Below are positions 1 to 7,454 of a stretch of DNA of 8,473 nt, in pieces. How positions within the stretch are numbered: position 1 is the stretch's first letter; every line of letters begins with the position of its first letter. The notes under the pieces are model-generated. The model was not told the origin of the DNA, ran no database searches, and worked only from the letters and a program-made list of their open reading frames with translations. Made by a program: the position numbers and the translations under genes. Source of the stretch: Octopus sinensis (Eukaryota); NCBI RefSeq assembly GCF_006345805.1, contig NW_021828439.1:1-8473 (forward strand). Direction: 5' to 3'.

Positions 1-1677
1 AGAGAGTGGTGAGCTTACAAATAGTCAGGGGACAAGCACTAGAGACTTTTTCCTATTAATATATTAACCTTTAATGACGTATATGTTGGGCTGTAGTTGA
101 GGTGTTAAATACGATTTGACAATAGTGATTTACCTGGTAAATTTATGGTGTGGAGTTTTCAGCGGATCCTTGGACTCAAACCATTAACGTTATTTCGAGT
201 GTGTGAAACTTGATACGAAGGTTCGAAAAATGTTCACTGAGCGGCAAATTCCCATGAGCTGGGATTCGTTTCTTGGCATGCTTATACGCTGATTGGTACA
301 TGCGACATTTCACCACAATTTAAGATCCGTTTAAAATGAAGCGGTTAAAGCGGCAAAATTCGCTGTCACATAATGCTAACGTATTTCGTCAGGTTCCAAT
401 GTGAGTGTTTACAAGAAAGAAATAAAGTGTTAGAAAAATTTGTTAAAAGGACTATCAACAACTTTGAAAAGAAAGCGTTAATAGACGCGGTGTACTACTC
501 ACGGGTTGTCCTGGGATGGATACTAAATAAATGAACAATAAATAAATATCGCTGTTGGATGAAGTTGGTGAGCCTCAGCATAGCTGCTGTGGTAGCATGT
601 TGTCTGGTGTCATCGCTGGAACTGGCTGTCTATGTGGTCAGTGGCCTGATCTTAAAAGATCAGGAACCAAAGACGTGTACTGAGAGAAAAAACTGAGTTT
701 TTATATAATGTAGTAGGCTCGAAATAGGGTTTGAAAAAGGTTGTCCCATGTGATCTTAGTTATACGCAGCAGTTGGTGCAATCAGATAAGAGACATAAGT
801 GTGCCCATACCAATCAATCAGAATAGTGGACACAACAGGATCCAAATAGTGACCAAAGGCTATGTTCAAATGTACGTATGCATAGAGTCTACGCTACAGG
901 AGTACCATGATGACATTTTAGGACAGCTCCTAATCACATACTGTACATAGTCTTCAGTTGCCATAATCTTGTATACGTGCACAGTATTAGATGCATTGGA
1001 ACTCGATATCTCTACTGAGCCAGACTACTGGTGCATGTATAAGAAAAATTATTCATCGTTATATCATTTAAATTCATTTATCATTAAATGCGGTATTGTT
1101 GAGGTGATGTCAGCACTGGGTCTACTGATACGATTTCCAGCAAGCTATGTATGCAGTGCTCGTTTGATTTTTCTAATATCTATTGTGGTCTTTTGTTAAT
1201 TATGGAAATTTCAATATATAACCGTATAGGATTTGACATATTCCACGTGGGAGGGAAATGCGTAGCATTCAAATTTCTATCATTCATCGAGTTAATGAAA
1301 ATGGTGAATTTTGAAACATCTAAAAAGTTGCATATTATGTATGCAAACGATCTTAAATGAAATGTTTTAACGTGGTTTTGGAATACAAAATTCAGCAATT
1401 AGGTAGGAACTTTATTAATTTAAAGTTGTGTTAATATTTGGAATATTTCAAAATTCTAACAATTATTGAGTTGAAGATAATGTGCAACTTTGAAAATTAA
1501 AAAAAAAAATCAAAAATAATTCTTTCATAGAGACACCGAATCATTGAAATGAAATTGTATATATTGAATACTTAAAAGGGTAGCCAATAGCATGGGGAAT
1601 CTTACAGTACACACACACACACAGGTATATATGTACGTATGCATGTATGTATGTGTGTGTTAGTGTCAGTGTCTATG

Positions 1678-1679
<2 letters not shown>

Positions 1680-1727
<48 letters not shown>
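1680..1727. repeat. (AAT)n microsatellite; left part of a tract split by the MITE
   Basis: About 16 perfect AAT units directly abutting the left TIR at 1728. Confidence 0.97.
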
Positions 1728-1728
<1 letters not shown>

Positions 1729-2226
1729 GATCTTTTCGGTTTGAACGGCAGTTTTTAACATAATTTCTAGGTAACTAAAAAATTCTAAACTTCGTATACT
1801 TGTAGAATGTGTGTTATAAAACATCTTTTCTCTTGGCTTTATTGAGAAAATCTATAGTTTGTAAGATATTTGGTCTTTAATTTCTTCAATTCTGCAATTT
1901 CAACCAATCACTGGCGTCTATTGAGTTAAAAAGCATTCTGTGCCGTATTGAATATGCCCCTCGTGTAAGAAACACATTGGGTTTATTTACATTGTGAAGA
2001 AAAAAAGATACCCTTTCCCCACCCCTAACCCTAACCCTAACTAATTGGTTGAAATTGCAAAAATTGAAGAAATTAAAGACCAAATATCTTACAAACTATA
2101 GAATTTTCTCAATAAAGCCAAGAGAAAAAGATGTTTTATAATCATATTCTACCAGTAAACGAAGTTTAAAATTTTTTAGTTACCTAGAAATTATGTTAAA
2201 AACTGCCGTTCAAACCGAAAAGATCC
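1728..2226. mobile_element. MITE (non-autonomous DNA transposon), probably PIF/Harbinger-ISL2EU type
   Basis: TIRs 1728-1908 and 2044-2226 (GGATCTTTTCGGTTTGAACGGCAG.../...CTGCCGTTCAAACCGAAAAGATCC), first 57 nt identical, about 10 differences overall. Flanks read TAATA-AT|GG...CC|AT-AATAG, i.e. a 2-bp AT duplication inside (AAT)n. The family call is an inference from the AT duplication and GG termini described for ISL2EU. No coding capacity. Confidence 0.9.
2011..2040 (-). repeat. Telomere-like (TTAGGG)3 plus extra G-tracts; potential G-quadruplex inside the MITE spacer
   Basis: Minus strand reads TTAGGGTTAGGGTTAGGGGTGGGGAAAGGG: five runs of at least 3 G with 1-3 nt loops. CCCTAA x3 at 2023-2040 on plus. 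Confidence 0.85.
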
Positions 2227-2228
2227 AT

Positions 2229-2229
2229 A

Positions 2230-2299
<70 letters not shown>

Positions 2300-2325
2300 T
2301 GATGATGATAATAATAATAATAATG

Positions 2326-2410
<85 letters not shown>

Positions 2411-2420
2411 TATTAATAAT
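2229..2420. repeat. (AAT)n microsatellite with GAT/AAC variant units
   Basis: Long AAT run with interspersed GAT and AAC units; source of the poly-N, poly-I and poly-L pseudo-ORFs. Confidence 0.97.
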
Positions 2421-2596
2421 AACATCGAAAAATACCTTAGTAATAAGAACTCAGGTTCGAAATTTCCCCAAGACACCTGATGCTGGAGGGTATATCAGCC
2501 GAAACGTCGTGTTAACAACAATCAAGATGAGGAGAAATATCCATCAGGTGTAAATAATGTAAATAATGTATATAATTCTTCATCTCTTAAATATTT
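2421..2596 (+). mobile_element. Short repeat resembling a Penelope-like element pLTR/tail, attached to the (AAT)n tract
   Basis: Contains a minimal type-I hammerhead-like motif followed by an AT-rich tail (GTAAATAAT x2), the organisation known for Penelope-like element ends. Boundaries approximate. Confidence 0.6.
2472..2513 (+). ncRNA. Minimal type-I hammerhead ribozyme motif with damaged core (probably inactive)
   Basis: GACAC (stem I) - CTGATG[A9 missing] - (G)CTG GAGGGTATAT CAGCC (stem II remnant) - GAAAC - GTC (palindromic ACGT stem III, GUC site at 2506-2508) - GTGTT (stem I'). Confidence 0.7.
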
Positions 2597-3756
2597 CACA
2601 ATAGTTCAATTAGAGTTTACCAAAATTTTCGTAGGTTTCAATTTCGCGTTCTTCTTGATACACACACAAACAAAAAAAGTTTATTTTCTTGAATACCACA
2701 CTGGTCTAGAAAATGTGAATAACGACAAAGTAAATGAACAGTTTTTAATAAATTGAGCTTTTATGTTAGTAAATATTTCTATCACTGAAGCTAGCGAGTC
2801 TGTTTTAAGGCTACGGAATCGCTAAAGAGACATCTGATAAAGAGTGCGCGCAGATTATGACAATTTTTCAGGTATTCTGTTTATTTTCTTCAGAATTGCA
2901 GGTGAGATTTGCCTACATTACTATCATTGTCTTCTATGTGTGATATGCATTTCTGCCTAATTTTATATTATTGTTTTTCTCTTTTCTATTTTCCCTCTCC
3001 CTCTCTCCCTATCTCTTTCTCCCCGCTTCTCTCTCGCTTTTTCTCTACTGCGTGTCATCCTTTCCAAAATCCAACAGTAGATTTCTGCTCACACTTACTT
3101 TAACTGACTTAATTGCCTTTTCTTTTAAATTTCTTTCGCATCTTTGTCGACTTCATCCTGTTCAACGTGAAATCATTCTTTTCTCTCTGCATCATTTCCT
3201 TTTCTATAAATTCTCGTTCGAACAATTAACTATTTTCCTTTCACACAACGTTACTCCTACACACACAAACCCTCATGTGGCTTCGTTATTTCAATCCCTG
3301 TAATCTTGATTAACATTCATTCAAACTTCTCAAATACTTTCGTATCATTTCTCTCATATATACACTCCATCTCACAATTTTCTTACTTCAGTACTCATTA
3401 ATACAGCAACCCTTTATTATAAACTCTGTTTGGAGCGGTTTGGAGCAGAGATAGCAATCCTCTTGTTAGGAAATGAAACCACTATTACTACTAAACAGAA
3501 TGTGTCTTATTGATTTTTGTATATACCCACACATATATATATGATGGCCATCTGCTCATTACACGAGTCGATGACCGGTAAGTGACAGCTATGCTCGTGC
3601 AAGTGTTTTAAGTCGAATGCGGTTCACAGAATACCACAATGACTTTCAGTAAGCAATACCAGGAAACACAGAGACAGGTAAAGTGCAAGATATTCGGATC
3701 TGTTGAGCAGAGAGTTTTATATATGAGTTAGACTTGGTCTCATATGGTCTCACTAG

Positions 3757-3905
3757 ACACTTTATTTCACGTTGCTCCAGTTCACTCATCTGTAGAAATG
3801 AGTTATGGTCTCACTAGCATCAAGCTGTATCGGCCTGTGTCTTTCCCTTGGATAACAACGGTGGCGTGGAGATGGTAGGCTGGTATGCATGTGCGTCTGC
3901 TGGTA
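3757..3905 (+). mobile_element. 5'-truncated SINE fragment (central domain)
   Basis: ACACTTTATTTCACGTTGCTCCAGTTCACTCA-CTGTAGAAATGAG resembles the segment following the tRNA head in mollusc/metazoan SINEs. GC-richer than the flanks and ends in a GT/AT microsatellite. Based on recalled similarity. Confidence 0.6.
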
Positions 3906-3950
3906 TGTGTGTGTGTACGTGTGATCATGTATCTTTGTATACGCACAGAC

Positions 3951-3970
3951 ATATATATATATATATATAT
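3951..3970. repeat. (AT)n microsatellite
   Basis: Direct inspection. Confidence 0.95.
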
Positions 3971-4117
3971 AAACAATTTCAGCGTAGAAGGTGTTTATAA
4001 GGCATTTAAGAAACAAACAAAAACCGTTAGATTCACTTCAACATCTAAATTTAATTTGTCAAAATATTTTCATCGCTTTGAGACCGCGACCTGTTCACTG
4101 AGAAAACTTCGTTCTGC
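3971..4117 (-). mobile_element. Short hammerhead-bearing repeat between (AT)n tracts (Penelope-like remnant)
   Basis: About 147-bp unit bounded by (AT)n on both sides and carrying the hammerhead-like motif at 4055-4105. The family assignment is inference. Confidence 0.5.
4055..4105 (-). ncRNA. Hammerhead-ribozyme-like motif with variant G3-C8 core
   Basis: Minus strand: TTTCTCA (stem I) GTGAACA G GTCGC GGTCTCAAA GCGAT (stem II, 5 bp) GAAA ATAT T T (palindromic AATATT stem III, UUU site) TGACAAA (stem I', 6 of 7 pairs). Confidence 0.65.
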
Positions 4118-4504
4118 ATATATATATATGTATATGTGTATGCGTGTGTGTGAGTGAATTGCACCTGAGTCACATAGTATGATCTCACTGATTGCCCCAG
4201 AGGAAGAACTAATTGTTGATTATTTCAAAAATATGTTAGTAGTGTGTCAGAGATATCATTTAACATTTAATCAGAGCTGAGACCAAAAGCTAAGTGAATA
4301 TTTAAGATAAAACTCGGTAAGTGATATACTGAATATTTACAACAGAGTAGTAAACGTGTAAATGCAAATGGCTACTAGTTGTCTTAATATTTATTTAATT
4401 GTCATCTTTCATTAAAATATTCGATCACAATTCTCCTCCAGTGATATGTAAATATTTTATGCGTATGTTGAGAGGTGTGCTCTGTGTGTTTGTGTTTGCG
4501 CGCA

Positions 4505-4507
<3 letters not shown>

Positions 4508-4542
<35 letters not shown>

Positions 4543-4562
4543 TGTGTGTGTTTGAGTGTGTG
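4508..4562. repeat. (GT)n microsatellite
   Basis: Direct inspection. Confidence 0.95.
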
Positions 4563-4720
4563 TAACGTATGCTTAAATGAATAATTGATATCAGCCATTT
4601 TTACGGGCCACCCACCTCTCTTTCTGGCTTTCCTCTATCTCAAGCTCTTACATCAGGCTAGGCTTTTTTGCCTTTTCCCTATCTTCTACATCTTCCCTGT
4701 CACAGTCTATCAATTTAAAT

Positions 4721-4848
<128 letters not shown>

Positions 4849-5031
4849 CATTTCAAAATGTAACCACATGTGAATCGTTGGCGATTTTTTCCTCCCTCTT
4901 CTTTGCTTGAAACATAAAACCACCTTTCTTTCTTCCCTGAACGTCTGCCAAAACTTTGCATGTACCACGTGCTTGCGTTGTTCTTTTTTTCTTGTGTTTG
5001 TTCTTCGTTTTTTGGGGGGATTTACTATAGT

Positions 5032-5148
5032 GGTTTCAGTCCCATTACGTGACACCTTGGGCGAGTGTCTTCTACTATAGCCTCGGGCCGACCAAAGCCT
5101 TGTAACTGGATTTGGTAGACGGAAACTGAAAGAAGCCTGTTGTATATA
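5032..5148 (+). mobile_element. tRNA-derived SINE, 5' part (truncated), leading into a microsatellite
   Basis: B-box-like GGTTTCAGTCCC at 5032-5043, then GACACCTTGGGCGAGTGTCTT...GGATTTGGTAGACGGAAACTGAAAGAAGCC, recalled as an abundant octopus SINE. Confidence 0.7.
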
Positions 5149-5196
5149 CAGGGTGTCAAAAAAAAAAGTCTCTCCGCAGTAAGATTTTGATTGCCA

Positions 5197-5258
5197 CATA
5201 TATATGTGTGTGTGTATGTATATATGTATGTATGTATGTATTTATGCATATGTATATT

Positions 5259-5296
<38 letters not shown>

Positions 5297-5322
5297 TGTA
5301 TGCGTATGTATGTATGTATATA
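5197..5322. repeat. Mixed (TA)/(TG)/(TATG)n microsatellite
   Basis: Direct inspection. Confidence 0.93.
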
Positions 5323-5356
5323 CAGGGTATTCAAAAAGTTTCCCCGCAGTGAATTA

Positions 5357-5617
5357 TTCGGTGGACGGATTATTTTGAAGGGACTTTGACCACCAAGATC
5401 ACTTAATTTAACACTCTGAGACATTTTTCTGGGGAGCAAGTAAAGGGTCAGTGTACAAGAATCGCCCGAAAAAACCATTAATGAGCTAAACGTCGTAATC
5501 ATAACCTTCACACGGTCCATACCACGTCAAAAGCGCCAAGATGTATTTCAAAAGATGTGTAGAAGAGTCAACTTATGTATTGAAAATGAGAGATGACACT
5601 TTCAACACCACTTATAA
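5357..5617 (+). pseudogene. Decayed C-terminus of an IS630/Tc1/mariner transposase (DD37D maT-like or DD41D-like)
   Basis: With stops and frameshifts: FGGRIILKGL*PPRSLNLTL*D/WGA..VYKNRP/TINELNVVIITFTRSIPRQKRQDVFQKMCRRVNLCIENER*HFQHHL*. This matches the family pattern WPPRSPDLTPxDFFLWG...VY..KP.TI.EL...R...CI...G.HFEHLL. Confidence 0.82.
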
Positions 5618-5746
5618 AGGGTTTTAAAGCCTTGTAAATCTAATATATTCTTTTCTAGTCTTATACCATCTTATAAATATTTATTTGGCAATCAAAATCT
5701 TACTGCGGAGAGACTTTTTGACACCTGTATATACAACAGGCTTCTT

Positions 5747-5762
5747 ATACACACACACACAC

Positions 5763-5800
<38 letters not shown>
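5747..5800. repeat. (CA)n + (TA)n microsatellite
   Basis: Direct inspection. Confidence 0.95.
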
Positions 5801-5801
<1 letters not shown>

Positions 5802-5831
5802 GCGAGAAAGAAGCAACAAGAATGGATAGGT

Positions 5832-5921
5832 TTTTAGTACGATCGTTTCATACAGGACAGTGTTTATTAAAAGTTGCAAAGATTACAGCATATAAACGAG
5901 TCCCGTACTCATCAGCTAAAA
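5832..5921 (-). ncRNA. Canonical type-I hammerhead ribozyme (left arm, minus strand)
   Basis: Minus strand: TTTTAG - CTGATGA (5915-5909) - GTACGGGAC...GTCCTGTAT (9-bp stem II with 2 G-U pairs, 41-nt structured insert) - GAAA - CGATCG - TA - CTAAAA. Predicted GUA cleavage between 5838 and 5837. Confidence 0.88.
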
Positions 5922-6197
5922 TACATGTACGTTCTCAGACATCCTAGTGTTTGAGGCTATACCATGAAGTAATGTAGATAATTAAACAGATTTCTATAAT
6001 CCCTCATCATATCTATGGAAATTCATATGGATTAGGTCACCTTCTCTGTGATGCTATCAAAACCTTTTTAAAATTCTGTGATAAGACTATACATCATCTT
6101 TAAGGAACTTTAATGAACTTTAGAAATCTGTTTAATTATCTACATTACTTCATGAGTATAGCCTCAAACACTAGGATGTCTAGAGAACTTACATGTA

Positions 6198-6288
6198 TTT
6201 TAGCTGATGAGTACGGGACTCGTTTATATGCTGTAATCTTTGCAACTTTTAATAAAACCTGTCCTTGTATGAAACGATCGTACTAAAA
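6198..6288 (+). ncRNA. Canonical type-I hammerhead ribozyme (right arm, plus strand)
   Basis: TTTTAG (6198-6203) CTGATGA (6204-6210) GTACGGGAC (6211-6219)...GTCCTTGTAT (6261-6270, one bulged T) GAAA (6271-6274) CGATCG TA CTAAAA (6283-6288). All core positions are consensus. Predicted GUA cleavage after 6282; palindromic stem III ACGATCGT. Confidence 0.88.
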
Positions 6289-6433
6289 ACCTATCCATTC
6301 TTGTTGCTTCTTTCTCGCTTATAATCACCCCACATTACTGTATTGTTAAATCAGTATAGTTTTTTTGGTGGCATCTAAGTTAGGTACCATATTCAAGTAA
6401 ATTTTTTAAATTAACTTGAATCTTTATTGCTCT

Positions 6434-6436
<3 letters not shown>

Positions 6437-6516
<80 letters not shown>

Positions 6517-6528
6517 GTATATATATAT
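6437..6528. repeat. (TA)n microsatellite, left of the LINE insertion
   Basis: Direct inspection. Confidence 0.96.
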
Positions 6529-6885
6529 AAATCGTTAAATCGTTAAAAATGTTTTGGCCCGAAGGCCGCGGCCATGCTGGGGCACCACCGCTGAAGAGCT
6601 ACACTAGTTGTGAATCCACCTCTGATATGGCACCTGATCAACAAGGGAGTTCGATGCTGCTGCCCGCATCCGTGTCTCCTGTCGTGAGGTAGGTTCATCT
6701 GGGACTCCCAACAAGAAGAGATCCAGTTAGTTTTAAAGAAACCCACATCACACCATGTAAGTCTCTCAGGCATTTAGGGGATGTAAAGAGCTGTGGTCCC
6801 TCTGAACCCAAGCTGTTGCAGTATCTGGACCTGTAATTTTGATGGTGATGTTGGAATCCTTGGCACCACGCAGCGGCGCCCCGTT
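6529..6885 (-). mobile_element. 5'-truncated non-LTR retrotransposon (LINE) 3' end: ORF2 C-terminus, 3' UTR and tandem-repeat tail; probably CR1/L2 group
   Basis: Minus strand with frameshifts: [86 protein letters not shown] (stop at 6606-6604), matching the LINE-ORF2 terminal pattern GP.LFN.LP...FK..LD.FL..VPD.P...AASNSL. A short GC-rich 3' UTR and an (AACGATTT)2 tail at 6544-6529 follow. Flanked by (TA)n on both sides. The clade is inference. Confidence 0.75.
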
Positions 6886-6932
6886 ATATATGTATATATG
6901 TATATATTAATATATATATATATACATATATA

Positions 6933-6972
<40 letters not shown>

Positions 6973-7007
6973 TATATATACATATATATATATTATATTA
7001 TATATAC

Positions 7008-7053
<46 letters not shown>

Positions 7054-7078
7054 GATATATATATTTATATATATATAT

Positions 7079-7111
<33 letters not shown>
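6886..7111. repeat. Long imperfect (TA)n microsatellite
   Basis: Direct inspection. Confidence 0.96.
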
Positions 7112-7114
<3 letters not shown>

Positions 7115-7399
7115 GCCGAGAAAGGGAGAACAAATTTCAATGGTCGTGTTCATATTCACTCAATATGTTTCAAACCATCGGAATACGCCACAGTATACAT
7201 ATGTACCCTCATATATAGATGATATAATATATAAATATATAAATACATAAATGTAATTGCGAGGTTGTATGCCCATATTACGAACAAAGAGGATATCAAA
7301 ATATGCACATGGTGAATGTTGATGAAATGGTGGTATTAAATGTTTTTAAGTAGAATCTTCAGCAGGTGTAACGTCTGACGGCTGTTTCGAGAAAATATA

Positions 7400-7454
7400 G
7401 GTTGGTAAAAGCGAGTTCATTGCATTCATAACAATTAACTCGCCTTTACCAACC
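7400..7454. repeat. 55-bp inverted repeat / hairpin
   Basis: GGTTGGTAAAAGCGAGTT (7400-7417) pairs with AACTCGCCTTTACCAACC (7437-7454) at 17 of 18 positions; an inner ATTG/CAAT pairing leaves a 9-nt loop. Confidence 0.85.

Larger units (their letters stand above)
5149..5727 (+). mobile_element. Internally deleted Tc1/mariner-family DNA transposon
   Basis: TIRs 5149-5196 (CAGGGTGTCA10GTCTCTCCGCAGTAAGATTTTGATTGCCA) and 5686-5727, TA on both outer sides. A diverged extra 5'-TIR copy lies at 5323-5350, and a transposase C-terminal remnant lies inside. Confidence 0.85.
5802..6318. mobile_element. Fold-back (MITE-like) element with ~195-bp inverted arms, each containing a hammerhead ribozyme
   Basis: Arms 5802-5996 and 6121-6318 are reverse complements with only a handful of substitutions and indels; 124-bp unique spacer; ends TATA-C-GCGAGAAAG...CTTTCTCGC-T-TATA. 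Confidence 0.92.

Noticed and set aside
172-245. Second GTGAACA ... GAAA-palindrome motif on the minus strand
   Set aside because: No stem II pairing, position 16.1 is A rather than U, and stem I is not contiguous.
645-664. Perfect 9-bp inverted repeat CCTGATCTT-AA-AAGATCAGG
   Set aside because: Short and isolated, with no supporting context, so compatible with chance.
560-695. Strong minus-strand acceptor (TTTTTTCTCTCAG) suggesting an exon
   Set aside because: All three frames hit a stop within 14 codons. It could only be a terminal or non-coding exon, and nothing else supports it.
741-1199. Two ORFs (741-950 and 969-1199) in the same frame, separated by one TAG, suggesting read-through or a pseudogene
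   Set aside because: No recognisable domain or motif in the joined peptide, non-ATG starts, and an upstream in-frame stop at 732. The antisense frames are also full of stops.
2193-2553. Poly-Asn, poly-Leu and poly-Ile ORFs
   Set aside because: Translations of the (AAT)n microsatellite.
2909-3303. Phe/Ser/Leu-rich ORFs
   Set aside because: Products of a pyrimidine-rich low-complexity tract with no coding signature.
3540-4323. GGTAAGT donor-like sites near 3577 and 4317
   Set aside because: No matching acceptor with an open frame upstream of either site.
6543-6773. 76-aa minus-strand ORF as an independent gene
   Set aside because: It is mostly an off-frame reading of the frameshifted LINE ORF2 remnant; only DVGFFKT is in the true frame.
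7350-7395. Possible type-II hammerhead on the minus strand (GAAAC-AGCC-GTC ... CTGAAGA)
   Set aside because: Core words are present in type-II order, but stem I has at most 2 bp and the stem II strands do not pair.
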